From Lama guanicoe (lineage: Eukaryota), in contig MU056050.1 in the NCBI GenBank assembly GCA_013239625.1, positions 7,145,838-7,209,837 of the forward strand: a stretch of 64,000 bases of DNA, written 5' to 3'. Each line of letters begins with the position of its first letter. Positions within the stretch are counted from its first letter, which is position 1. Below, in pieces: positions 37,400 to 49,919 of this stretch. The position numbers and the translations under genes are program-made. Below the pieces are notes generated by a model, which saw only the letters and a program-made list of their open reading frames with translations, ran no database searches and had not been told where the DNA came from.

Positions 37400-38543
37400 C
37401 CCTAAAATGGTTTCCTCCTACATTTCTGTCTGCACCTTCTCAGTCTCCTTTGCAATTTCCTACTTATCTTCTCAGTTTGTTAATATTGGGGTGCCCAAGG
37501 CTTAGTCTTTGAACTTCTTTTCTCCTCTAGCAATGCCCACTCCCTTTGTGATTTCATCCACTTATATCTTAAAATATCATCTGTATGCCAACAACTTACA
37601 AACTTCTATCTTTAGTGCAGACCTCTCCTCTGAACCCCAGACTTATATGTCTGCCTACTTGACATTTTCACTTGGCTTTGTAGTACATGTAGTACATGTC
37701 TCAAAGTTAACGTGTCAAAATCTGAATTTCCCCTCAAATCTGCTCATCTCATAGTCTTCCCTGTCCCAGGAGATGGCTCTTCATCCTTCCAGTTGCTCAG
37801 GCTAAAAACCTTGAGTTACCCTTGACTCCTCTTTTTCTCTGACACTTCTCAACCAGTCCATCAGGAAATCCTGATGGTTCCAACTTCAATATCTTTATAT
37901 CTCCTGTATTTGATCACTCTTGGCCACCAATGCTATCACCTTGAAGCTGCCATCATCTTTCTTTTGAATGATTACAATAGCTTCCTCACTGGCATTCCTG
38001 TTTCCTCTCACCTCCCTCACCCCCACAGTGTGTTCTTAATGCAACTTTTGGACTAATTCTTTTAATGGGTAGGCTAGATCATGTTCCTCTGCTCAAAAAC
38101 CCCAATGCCTTTTATCTCACCAAAGGCTGTCAGGGTCTATAAGGCCCAACATATTCTGTCTCTTCTCCTCCAGTTAACTCTCTGACCTTATCTCTTAATA
38201 ATGTCCCCCTCACTAACTCTGCTCTTTTATGTTCCTCATTCACATCAGGTGCTTTCTTGTCTCAGAGCCTTTGTATTTGCTGTTCTATTTGAAGAAATGC
38301 CCTTTCCCTATTAGCATGGTGCATTCTCGTATCTTCCTTAGGAGTATTCCCCACTTTAGTTTTTACATAACACATATCATCATCCAACATTATATATATT
38401 ATATATAACATTTATATATTGTATATAACTATAACTATATATTTATATGTATATGTTTGTTCACTGCTGTATTCCCAGTTGCCAGAACCATGGTAGGCAC
38501 ATAAGGGCTCAATTTTTTGCTGAATAAATGAATGAATGAATGA
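37400..38543 (+). mobile_element. L2 LINE 3' portion
   Basis: L2-like body ending in gctgaataaatgaatgaatgaatgaa. Confidence 0.8.
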
Positions 38544-38833
38544 AGGCATTATCCAAGCCTGGGTGAACAATGTGGAAGCCCAGCCTCAATTAGAAATTAC
38601 TAAAAAGGAAGGTCATCTTGACTTGTTTAATGTAAGGTTTGTGGCCTATCCAACCTAGAGACTGTATGTTTCTCAGCATCTGCTTAGGTTAAATAATGGA
38701 ATTGTAAAAATAATGGTTTTGCTAGTAACTTTATAATAAATATAAAAATATATAACACTTGAAATAACAGAGAAACTTGAAGTGTAAGCACTCATTGTCA
38801 ATCCAGTGGAGTTGCTTTGTACTAGGAAGGTTT

Positions 38834-39417
38834 ATGGTGATGGCTAATTTTATTTATGTGTCAGTTTTACTGGGCCATAAAATACCTAGATATTTGGACA
38901 AACATTAATTCTGGGTGTGTCTGTGAGGGTGTTTCTCGATAAGATTAGCATTTGAATTAGCAAACTGAATAAAGCAGATTGCCCTCCCAAATGTGGGTGG
39001 GTCCCATCTAATCAGTTAAAGGTCAGAATGGAACAAAAAGGCTGACCCCCCTGCAAGTAAAAGACAATTTCTCCTACCTGACTGCCTTTAAACTGAGACA
39101 TTGCATTTTTCCTACCTTTGGACTCAAATGGGAACTTTAGCTCTTCCTGGGTCTTGAGCCTACTGTCCTTTAGACTGGAGCTGCACCATTGGCTCTCCTG
39201 GTTCTCAGCCTTTCAGACTCAGACTGGAAGTTCACCATTAGTTTCCCTAGCTCTCAAGCCTTTGAACTCAGATGAGAACTACACCACTGGCTCCCCTGGG
39301 TCTCCAGCTTGCTAACTGCAAATTGTGGGACTTCTCAGCCTTATAATTACAGGAACCATTTCTTATAATAAATCTCTTTATCTCTCTATCTCTCTATCAT
39401 ATCTCTCTATCTCTCTC

Positions 39418-39461
<44 letters not shown>

Positions 39462-39495
39462 ATCTTCTCTTGGTCCTGTTTCTCTGGAGAGCCTT
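38834..39495 (+). mobile_element. ERVL LTR (MLT2-like) with internal (TATC)n
   Basis: gtgatggctaattttat...ctgggtgtgtctgtgagggtgtttc...cctgtttctctggagagcc. Confidence 0.82.
39418..39460 (+). repeat. (TATC)n tetranucleotide microsatellite
   Basis: About 10 perfect ATCT units preceded by degenerate TC/TATC repeats. Confidence 0.95.
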
Positions 39496-40919
39496 GAAAG
39501 CCTCTTACTTTATATTTATTCTTATAATGTCTGTGCAGTCCCTCATTCTGCCCACCTTCCTCAACATTCTTTCATAACCAGTGGAACTAGTTATGGAAGA
39601 AATTATCAAGTGTGGGAGGCTAGGTATGCAACTCTTGGTCATATTTTTATTATATATTTTCATTCTTCTTTACTTGAGCTAATGACACAGCAACCAATGG
39701 CAAACTTTGTTTAAATTTGTACTGTGTACTATTTCTCCTTTCTTTCAGCTTTGCTGAACTTTATATTAGTAATCACCTCATTTTTGAAACATTCTCTTAC
39801 CTTTTTCTCTTAAGACACTAAGTTATACTGGATAAATATAACTAAATTATACTCTGAGACCACTTCTCCATTTACTTTTTTGTGGAATGTCTCTCAAGTC
39901 TTTCTATTCTTCTCAGAACTTTCCATCATGCTAATCCAAGTCCTGATCATCCTATGCCTGGCAAACTTTTGTAGCCTTCTGCTTGACTCCTTAGTTCCCA
40001 GCTGCTTTTCCTCTGTGATTCATCTTGGCATTCTAATTATCTTGTATCTTGGCAAGACTGTGGTTTTAGAATTTGGGGGCTTAAGCAAGTAGCAGAGACT
40101 GCCTAAGATGGGGAGATCAGGAAAGGAGGGCAGACCACATATCAGTCTCAGTTGGGCAGAGACAACCATCAGCTCTCTGGTGGACAGTCTTGCTGAAATG
40201 TTGTGGCCTAGGGTAGGAGTAGGGGTCTAGTATCCAGGTTGCAACTTATCAAGGGCTATGACCAGTGTGCAGGCCTCTTGGAGACTCCCTATAATGGGAA
40301 GGTCATTGCTCCTAAAATCCAGATTGCAATTTTTATCAGGGGTCTGCACCAAAGAGAATCCGTTGCTTGTTAGCAGAATTGCCATGTGGAATCCTCCTAA
40401 TTTCCCTGTAGTCACTTTTCTTTGATGGTGGCACTAAGAAGAGATGTGAGGAGAGGAGGGTGTCTTATATTGTTCTGGCTGACTAGCACTTCCCTTTTCA
40501 ATCTTTTCCAGTTTCTGCTCCAGTCCCAGCCCACCGACCACCTTCATTTCTCCTTGGCATTATTCAACATCCCAATCCACTTATATGGCTCCCCTAAGAG
40601 TGTCCATTTTATTACATGACACTAGCTTTATGGCTACCTGGTCTAAGAACTTGAATCAAGTTGGTCAATGAGTCCCTTCCCCAGAGTTTCTGATTTTAAG
40701 ATCAGAGAGTAGTTCAGTTATCCCTCTTCTGGGTGGCTGGCTTTGTTAAAATGTGATGCTCTGGAGTCATTGGTGACAGTAGTGAGAGGAAAGAATGAAG
40801 TCATGCTGCAGATAAGAGTAGAGACAGTCATTCAGAGGCCCAGCTCATCCTGTGGCTCTAGCCCAGTTGTTTCTAAGGCCCAGGGGGATTCCTGGCCTTT
40901 GATTCCCTGAGATAGTAAT

Positions 40920-41120
40920 GATGATGGCTCACATGTATGTCATGCTCTAAGCACTATAAGTAATTTATTTAAGCCTCATAACAACCTTATGAGGAAGATG
41001 ATGTTATCATTCCCATCTTACAGATGAAGAAATTGAGGCAAAAGGAGGTTGAGTAGCTTGCCCAAGGTCACAAAGTTAGGACTTGTACCCTTGCAGTCAG
41101 GTTCCATGCTCTTAACATTA
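40920..41120 (-). mobile_element. MIR SINE
   Basis: cccatcttacagatgaagaaattgaggcaaaaggaggttgagtagcttgcccaaggtcaca. Confidence 0.82.
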
Positions 41121-41299
41121 TACTGTCAATCCTTGTAATATTTCTCTAAATCCTCTTTGCCTAAGCCAGTTCAAATTCCCTGTAGTAACTCCTAGACAAG
41201 GGAGAGTTCTAATGGTCAAGATTACCTCTTTTACGTCAAACTTGAAAAGTTTAATTCTCTCTAACCCTCTCTCCCTTGCTGCCTCCATCTTCCTTCTTC

Positions 41300-43228
41300 T
41301 CACTTGCTCTTCTTTTCTCCTTTTATTTTTTCCTTCTTTCTCTCTAGTTCACTTCCTCCCTTAAAAAATTCATTTGTTGACCATTTCCCCTATCTTCATG
41401 ATTATTCCCAACAGCAGACATTTTTCTATCTGAAAAAAATTCTCTCTTGACTCCATTTCCCTCTTCAGTTTCCACCCCATTTCTCCTTTCATTCTCTCCT
41501 AAATCCACTCCAGAGGAGATTTTGCCCCCACCCCTACTGAAACTCTAAGGTCACTAGTGCCCTCCACATTGCTAAATCCACTGGTTAGTTCTCACATTAT
41601 TCGATTTTTCATCAGCACTTGAAACATTCACTCTCTCCTCCTTCAAACACTTTCTACACTTGGGTACTAGGATACTATACTCTTGGTTTTCAATGTTCCT
41701 TTTCAGTATCACTTGCTGTTTTTTCTTATATCCTTGACCTTTTAATTTTAGTATTCTCTTGAGCTCAGTCCTTGGTCCTTGGTCATTCCCTTGGTGATCT
41801 CAATTAGTTTCAAAACTTTAAATACCATCTAAAAGCTGACGATTTCAATAGCATATCCTCATTTTGGATTTCTTCTGACCTTCATATTCCTTTGTCCAAC
41901 TGCTTGCCTGAGACTTCTCCCTGAAAGAGAGATAGGGATCTCAAAGTTAACATTCCCAAACTTACTCCTTTCATAGTCTCCCCCATCTCAGTAAATTACA
42001 GTTACTCTGGCCAAGAAGCTTTGTTCCTTAGTCCACTCTTTCCCTTATATTGTATATTCAATTATTTTGCATCTTCAAAATACACTTGAGTCTTTCCATT
42101 TATCATTACTTCTAATTCTACCACCATGGTTCAAAAACCACCTTTATTTATTTCTCACCTGGATAACTGCAATAGCCTTCAACTGATCTCCCAATTTCCT
42201 CCTTTGCCACTTATAATCTAGTTTGCACTTAGCATCTAGAGTGATCCTTTGAAAATGCTAGTTATCTTTTGTTTCTCCTCAGCTCAAAACCCTATGATGG
42301 TCCCACTTTTCACTCAGAATAAATTTCAAAGTTCTTACAGTGGCCTTTATTGGCCTACAGGATCTGGGCCCTTGTTCTCTTTCTGACCTCATCTGTAACT
42401 CTCCCCTTTTCTCCCCGTATTCCAGTCATCCTATGTTCCTTTTTGTTACCTCAGGTAAACTCTTGCCTCAGGGTCTTTGCACTTGCACTTCCCTCTGCTA
42501 GAGCACTTTTCTTCCAAATATGTACATAGCCCATTCCCTTATCTTAAACAAATCTTTGCTCAAATGATGTTTTCTCAGTGCTCAAATATCACCATGTAAC
42601 ACCCCCAACAACATTCCTTATTCTCTTTCCCTTCTTTATCTTTTCTCCTAGCACTTAGTACCTTCTCATACACTGTATAATTTACTTACTTCCTGCTGTG
42701 GACAGAATTATGTCCACCTCAAATCCATATGTTGAACCCTTAACCCTTAATGTGATGGTATTTGGAGATAAGACCTTTAGGAGGTCATTAGGTTTAGATG
42801 AGGTCATGAAGGTGGAGCCCTCATGATGGCATTAGTACTCTTAATGAAGAGACACCAGAGAGTGCTTCTCTCTTTCTTTCTCTCTCTATGTGTTTCTTTT
42901 CCATGTGGGGACACAGTAACATGGCTGGCATCTGTAAACCAGGAATAAAGCCCTCACTGGGGAACTGAATCTGTCAGTTTTGATCTTGCACTTTCCAGCC
43001 TCCAGAACGGTTGAGAAATAAATTCCTATTATTTAAGCCCCCCAGTTTATGGTATTTTGTTATGGTAGCCTGACCTGACTAAAACAACTCCCCCTCACTA
43101 GAACATAAGCTCAATAAGGACAAGGAGTTTTGTCTGATTGTTTACTGTTGCATCACCAGTGCCTAGAATAGTTGTCAGCATGTAGTAGGTACTCCATAAA
43201 TATTTGCTGAGTGAATGAATGAATGAAT
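41300..43228 (+). mobile_element. L2 LINE 3' portion interrupted by an MLT1 LTR
   Basis: L2 body ending in tagtaggtactccataaatatttgctgagtgaatgaatgaatgaat. Confidence 0.8.
42693..43086 (+). mobile_element. MaLR LTR (MLT1A/B-like)
   Basis: tgctgtggacagaattatgtcc...gtgatggtatttggagat...ggtattttgttatggtagcctgacctgactaaaaca. Confidence 0.82.
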
Positions 43229-43669
43229 CAGACATAATCTTTGTAGGGAGGATGACAGATACATGATCATACTACACAGTAGGCAGTAGTTAAGTCTTAT
43301 ATTGGAAGTACAGATAAAGCGTTCTGGGGAGCTCAAAGAATGGAGAGGTTATTCAGATATGGCAAGAGAGTGGGGATAATTCAGGAGGGCTTAATGGAGA
43401 AGGTGGCATTTGAGCTGGGACTTGAGAATGAGTAGTATTTGGACTTGCAAATGAAGGGGAAAGCACAAAGAATTCAGTTAGACTGGAGTAGGGTATGTGA
43501 AGGGTAGTGGAAGTGAGAAATAGCATTAGAAATGAGGTCTGGGAACAAAACATGAAGGTCCCTGAATGCCAGGTTAAAGGTTTTGCCTTTAGGTGTTGTA
43601 TGAAGTGGAGTGAATATGAAGGTTATAGAATTAGGTATGAAAATCTGAGTCACCATAAAAATTGAATCC

Positions 43670-44347
43670 ATTTCCTAAAATAAAGGAAATGAAAGCAAAA
43701 AATAAACAAATGGAAACTAATTAAACTTAAAAGCTTTTACATAGCAAAACAAACTATCTACAAAATGAAAAGAAACCTACTGAATGGGAGAAAATATTTG
43801 CAAATGATATGACCGATAAGGGATTAGTATCCAACATACAGAAACAGCTCATACAACTCAACATCAAAAAAACAAACAACCCAATTAAAAAATGAACAGA
43901 GTAACTGAATAGACATTTTTCCAAAGAGGCAATGCAGATGATCAACAGGCACATGAAAAAAGGCTCAATATTGCTAATTATCAGGGAAATGCAAGTCAAA
44001 ACCATGAGATATCATCTACACTGGTCAGAATGGCTATCATCAAAAAGAACACAAATAATAAATTTTGGAAAATATGTAGAGAAAAGGGAACCCTCCTATA
44101 CTGTTGGTGGGAATGTAAATAAGGGCACCCACTGTGGAAAACAGTATGGAGGATTCTCAAAAAACTAAAAATAGAACTATCGTATTACCCAGCAATTCTA
44201 CTCCTGGGTGTATACCTGAAAAAACCAAAAACACTAATTCGAAAAGATACATGCATCCCAATGTTCATAGCAGTACTATTTACAATTGCTAAGGTATGGA
44301 AGCAACCTGTGTCCATCAACAGATGAATGGATAAAGAAGATGTGGTG

Positions 44348-44390
<43 letters not shown>

Positions 44391-44800
44391 AGAGGAATAC
44401 GACTTAGACATAAAAAAGAATGAAAATTTGCCATTTGCAGCAACATGGATGGACTTGGAGGGCATTATGCTAAGTGAAGTAAGTCAGGCAGGGAGAGACA
44501 AATACTATATGATATCACTTATATATGGAATCTAAAAAATACAGAAAACTAGTAAATATAACAAAAAAGAAGCAGACTCACAAATATAGAAAACAAACTA
44601 GTGATTACCAGTAGGAAGAGGGTGGGGAGGGGCAATATAGGGGTAGGGGTGTGGTAGGTACGAACTGTTGGATGTAAAATAGACTCAAGGATGTATTGTA
44701 CAACACTGGGAATATAGCCGATATTTTGTAATAACTGTAAATGGAAAATAATCTTTAAAACTGTATAAAAATTTTAAAAAATAAAATAAAAATTTTAAAA
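43670..44800 (+). mobile_element. 5'-truncated L1 (ORF2 end and 3' UTR) with internal (CA)n
   Basis: ORF 43932..44168 is L1 ORF2 C-terminal. A-rich tail at ~44765-44800. Confidence 0.88.
44350..44387 (+). repeat. (CA)n microsatellite
   Basis: About 18 perfect CA units. Confidence 0.95.
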
Positions 44801-45079
44801 ATTATGTCATAAATCAATGATTTTCTCTGATTTAACTTTCAGGTCCTTACTCAACTGTCTCTTATTTGAAGTTCTTTATGGGTTTAATGATATGGTTCCT
44901 AACCTACCACAGATAAGAAACAAAGTAAAAGAAAGAGGAGAGATTTAATCTGAAAACAGATACACCTCCAGGGAGAGAGGGGCTAGATGGCTTGAAGGAT
45001 GAAGATGGTAATCCTAAATTGTAGGCCTAGAACTTATGTTATGGTACAATCTAATAACTAGTTTTTTTACTTCTGTATT

Positions 45080-45650
45080 TAAATATTCTTTTAGTAGCTT
45101 CTATTTTGATTACGAAAGTAATGCGTATTCAATATAAGATACTTGGAAAACAGCAACACAGAAAAATTAATCCCTCTATATCTATCCATCATCTGAAAAC
45201 AGCCGTCGCTAACAATTTGGTATTAGCCCTTACTTTGTACATGTGTTCACAAACACATACACATATATTTACATATTTTCAACAAAATTTATCTGTGCAG
45301 GTATGTAATAGCCTCTTTTTCTCACTTAATAATAAATGTATCGTGAATATTTCCCAAATTGACATGAGTTTTAATGGCTACATGGTATTCTCTTAGCCAT
45401 TATTTTGCACATGTGGATCATTTCTAATTGTTTGCTATTAAATATCCTTGTATTCATCTTATTTTTCTATGCTATTTTTTAGGGATAGATTTCTAGAAAT
45501 GGAATTGTAAAAATAACATATGACTGAACTTTTTAAAGGCTTCTTCCTTTTGAAAGGTTTTACTGTTCACACTCCCACCAGCAGAGAGGATGTGCCTGTT
45601 TCCTTAAGCTCAGGATAGCATAAACCTTTGTATTCATTTTCATTTTTGCT
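45080..45650 (-). mobile_element. Very old L1ME-type 3' remnant
   Basis: ttttagggatagatttctagaaatggaattg...cactcccaccagcagagaggatgtgcctgtttcc. Confidence 0.55.
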
Positions 45651-45766
45651 TATCTTTTTCCTTTCCTTGGGAGTTTTAAAGGAACTTTGAGAACCAGGGG
45701 CCTCAGGCAATCCTGCCTGCCTTGCAGCCCCTGTTTGACCTTGGCATTCCTTTTTCTCCTGGGCAG

Positions 45767-46842
45767 AGTGGTATCCTGAAGATGGCTTTGCTCGACTACA
45801 TCAAATACTGATGTCTGAGGGACAATGAGAGGCACAAAATGATGGCCCTGTGTCCATGTGCAGGAGATCCATGAGAACCATGGGGCAGCTGCCTGTATCC
45901 AACCAAAACTTGTTGAGTCTCAGCTTTGGGGTGAACAGAGCATTGAAGGAAGGTTCTTAGGGCTAAGAAGGGCAAGAGCCAACAAGGTTGGCTGTTAGAA
46001 GCTGGCATGGGTATTAGTCACTCAGCAGGGATCCAGCTGGGTAGGTAAGAGATGGGAGGGGAACTTGGAAGGCATTTGCACCTTTTGGGATCTGAATGTA
46101 GCCTGTGCATTTAGGGTATCATTGATCAGGAACCAATGCGTATGGTGATGCCGTGTAAGCCTATCCTGAGGTTTCAGAGAGAAATGAAGAACCAGAGGGG
46201 CCACTCAATCCTACTCCGAAGTGTATGCTTCTGGACCAGTTGCCTTTACATGTGTGACACACCTGCTTCCCTGTGAATGTGAACTTGGATGTTTTTATTC
46301 CACCTCCCCATCACTATGAGTAAGTGAGGTGAGAACAGCCTGTTTTGGGAGTTAGACAGACTCAACAAGTCTCCTTTACTGCACTGTAGAGGACAGCCAC
46401 TCAGCCAACAGCTGAAGCAGCTGTTGCTAAAGGCCCTAACTCTGATGCTGGATGCAGCAGAGAGTTATGCTAAGGTAACCGTAGAGAGTCTCATTCCAGA
46501 CTGGCCATGGGGCTTGGCATCTGCAGTAGGTATGATTTTATTTTGTCCCTGCACCCTTCCAAGTGAAGAAGAGGGAGCCATGGGCCAACTGGAGGCAAAA
46601 CGGATGAGTACAGTTGCTGGAGGGTTCACATGGGAGATGGCAACTTTCTACCTCTCTACGTGTAGCTCCCTCCACCCTTGTACCTTAGGACTCCTGTATG
46701 CCACAGACCCTGTACTGTCACTGGCTTGCCAAGGTGATGACAGTGCAGGTTCACTTTCTGAACACTGGCCAGGAAATAATGTTCATCAGCCTGGGCTGCC
46801 GCAAGCTGATGGACTATATCATGGCCCTACTTGTTTCTACTG
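45767..46842 (+). pseudogene. SPG11: Unprocessed partial SPG11 (spatacsin) pseudogene: three consecutive near-C-terminal exons and two introns
   Basis: Exon a 45767-45930 (SGILKMALLDYIKY*CLRDNERHKMMALC..EIHENHGAAACIQPKLVESQLW), exon b 46390-46474 (EDS..QLKQLLLKALTLMLDAAESYAK) and exon c 46689-46842 (DSCMPQTLYCHWLAKVMTVQVHFLNTGQEIMFISLGCRKLMDYIMAL) are collinear with the recalled spatacsin sequence. There is an in-frame TGA and there are frameshifts. Introns of 459 and 214 bp have GT-AG ends. Confidence 0.9.
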
Positions 46843-47634
46843 GTGAGCAAGAAAGAAAAATCTCGCCAGCAATGCCAGCATCCTCTCTCCTGCTGTCCCA
46901 CTCATGGGACCCAGAGGTTGTATAACTTGGGCCAGTCACAGGGCCAGTCACAGAACCAGGAAATCCAATTCTCCTAACTTAGCTTTCTGGTACACCAAAT
47001 TGCATTTTCATGGTAGGATTTCTTACTAGCATATTTGGGCAGAGGTTGGAGAGTGGTGAGACAATACTGTCTCCTTTTCCCCATGCTGTCAGGCCAGCAA
47101 AGGGGCAGGCACCTTGGCCCATCAGGCAGCTGAGATTCAAAGTAACATCCCTGTTAGTGGTCTTGTGAGCATTTCTCAGCCCCAGTGTTTCTAGAATGGT
47201 GAGCTTGGGTTAGCATAGATAGTTAGGGTTGCCAGAGTCTAGTTTTAGTTATTTAATGAGGAAGGATGTTTACCAGGGTATCAACTCTTTCACTGTTCCA
47301 TGTACAGTTGAGTTAGTGAGAAGAATATTCCTTTTCAGCAGTTTGATCATAATTAATCTTCATTAATAATCATTGTGATGACTCAACATGAAGTCATCAC
47401 AGCAAGATCAGGACAGGTCTAAAATCTTGTATTTAACAACACAGGACTGGATGCAAAACATTGTAGAAATGTTTTCATTTAAAATGATTGAAATAAGAAG
47501 ATTGGTACTGGAATGGGCATATTTAAGTTAGGTGGTAAACTCACTCACAAGGTATTTAACCTCAATGTCTTCTCTTGCTGAATAAACAGGGTATGATTAA
47601 AACAATGGTGTTACAAGTGCTGCACATATGGCTC

Positions 47635-47659
47635 TGTGTGTGTGTGTAAGGGCGAGGGA

Positions 47660-47698
<39 letters not shown>
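47635..47698 (+). repeat. (TG)n followed by (AG)n microsatellite
   Basis: tgtgtgtgtgtgt, then about 17 AG units. Confidence 0.93.
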
Positions 47699-47701
<3 letters not shown>

Positions 47702-48084
47702 AGCTTATTATGTGAAAAACATTGAATTCATTGAATTTAACATTCTAGATTTTTCTCTCCTGGACTGTATGGTTCTGGTCCACAGGGTAGGACATATTTC
47801 ATTAATGTATTAAAACCCACTCACAATCTTGATTCTTAGAGCTCCTCTTCAAAATCCTCAAGGGCAGTTACCCTGTTGTAGTCATCCTTGCATCCCGTAT
47901 TGGCTGGCAGAGTCTCTTGGACAGAGTAAGCATTTGAACAACATGTGAATTGAAATGTTGTTTCATGTCTTGAAGCTCAGCCACATGGAAACCCACTGTT
48001 TTACTGGTGTGGGTACAAAATTTTTTTAAAAGGGAATAAAATAATGCTTATATTTTGTTTCTATTTTTTAACGTGTTTAGAATT

Positions 48085-48300
48085 CGTTGCCTTTTTATGA
48101 TTCCAACCACACATTGGACAGATGTCTTCAGGGACTTCTCTCCAATAACTCCCAGATCCCTTTCCTGTGCCAGAACTGATGGTTTGGGAGACTAACATCT
48201 TGTGAATAGCATTTGGCTCGTTCTCTCCTAAATGCAGTACTTTGTGTTTGCTCACATTGAAGCTCATCTGTCACTTCCTCACCTAGAAATACAGGCCTGA
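48085..48300 (-). mobile_element. CR1/L3 LINE reverse-transcriptase C-terminal relic
   Basis: MSFNVSKHKVLHLGENEP resembles CR1 MxFNxxKCKVLHLGxxNP. After a frameshift, RDLGVIGEKSLKTSVQCV..KKA resembles KDLGV..L..SQQC...KKAN. Confidence 0.7.
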
Positions 48301-48506
48301 GGGACTCTCCTGCCATTTTTTCATTCACATAGAATTCCACTATTTCAAAACATGCAAAGAATTAGTATCTCTAGCATTTATAAAATTTACTGTTACCATG
48401 GAATGGGCACTGTTCTAAGTAATTTACAAGTATCACTGTACTTAATGAAATTAATCCTGGCCCCACTTTGAGGACTCTGACTTAACATTTCAGCAGTCTC
48501 CTCTGT

Positions 48507-48977
48507 CAAGAGTTTTTTTTAAAAACTAGATACTATGGAATTCAGGAAGCATGTGAATTTGGATGGAAAAATACATTTATATTTTCACTAACCTTTAACC
48601 GAAATTTAGCATTTTCTTCCATTATAAATGTAGGCAGCAAAGTACAGCAGTATTAGCAGTACCTGTGACTTTTTCACCAGTATCACAGATAATATCATAT
48701 CACAAGTTACTACAGATTTTAAAAAATATTTATGTTCATCTATTTCAAAATTATAGTAGTTATTAGATCTGTCATTACACTTTGCTATTTAATATGTTAA
48801 AGGAGCACATGTGTTACTAAGTCACAGATGTGTTTTGATAACAGTATTATTTCAGTATAGTTGGTTTCCTTTGTATTTTGTTTCATGTGTTTAAAAATGT
48901 TATTCTGATAAAGGGTTCACAGGCTTCACTAGACTTCTCACAGGGTATGTGACACTCCAAATTGTTAAGAAGCCCTC
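48507..48977. mobile_element. hAT-Charlie non-autonomous DNA transposon (Charlie4-like)
   Basis: gaatttggatggaaaaatacatttatattttcactaacc...cagtattagcagtacctgtgacttt...gttaagaagccct terminus. Confidence 0.65.
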
Positions 48978-49919
48978 CTTTACTTTCTCTCAGCCACACT
49001 AGGCAGAGGCTGGAGCTGAGGGACGTGTGGAAACTAGTGGACTCAGTAGTCCCACATTCTCTCCCCAGCTCCACTATCCACTTAACTGAGTCACCTAGAG
49101 TGTGGCTTTTCATTCTTCTGATACTTGTTCTCCTGAGCAGCAATAATGGGGAGGGAACCATCTGTCCTGCTGGCTCACAGGGTATCATGAAGATCAGATG
49201 ACATAATTTCTGTGTACAGAGTTGCTTGGAAAACACTATGAAGCACAATTTGAGGTGTTTATTGAAGAATATTAATGAGTTAAGGTTGTAGAGGTCTACT
49301 GCCCCAGAGGACTTTGCAATTTAGGGTAGTCTAATATTCAAACAGACTTGGAGTAAACACAGTTAGGTAAAACACGCCTTCTTATGTCTTGCATCCCACT
49401 TTCCACCCAAGATCTGAGATCATCTCCATAAGATTCTATAGCCTTGAATGTTCATATCTGTGTGTAATCAATTCCTTTTCCTTCCTTCTGTTGCTGTAAG
49501 TAATTGCTTCAGTAGGCTTTTGAGACCTTCCATCCAGAGAGAAAATTTAGGCAAGCTGAGATCTTCAAAGCTTCCTGCCAAACCCAAAGAATGGAATTAT
49601 GTTATGGATCTTGAGATAAGAAAGAGAAGATAAGGCCCCTCTGGCCACTTTGTTTATGGGATGTGGTCTGCCTGTGATGGAAGGGGTAAAATTGAAAGGA
49701 TACTGGATACCATATCAGAAGATAGAAGAAGGAAGTTTCTTCCCTATGTCAGGCTTAAGCCAGGCTTTATTACCTCTGATGGATCGTTTTCAGTAAAATC
49801 TCCTGAATTTCTCTGAGCCAGCAAGTCTCATTCTTCTTTTAAGTTACCCTGTGTCCTTATGGGATTCTAATACTGGAAAAGTAGCTCTGGTGTCATTAAA
49901 ATGTTGTTAATATGATTAT

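Noticed and set aside
46424..46846. 140-aa ORF MLKALTLMLDAAESYAKVTVES...
   Set aside because: It reads from SPG11-like exon b through the 214-bp intron and out of frame in exon c, so it is an artefact of the pseudogene.
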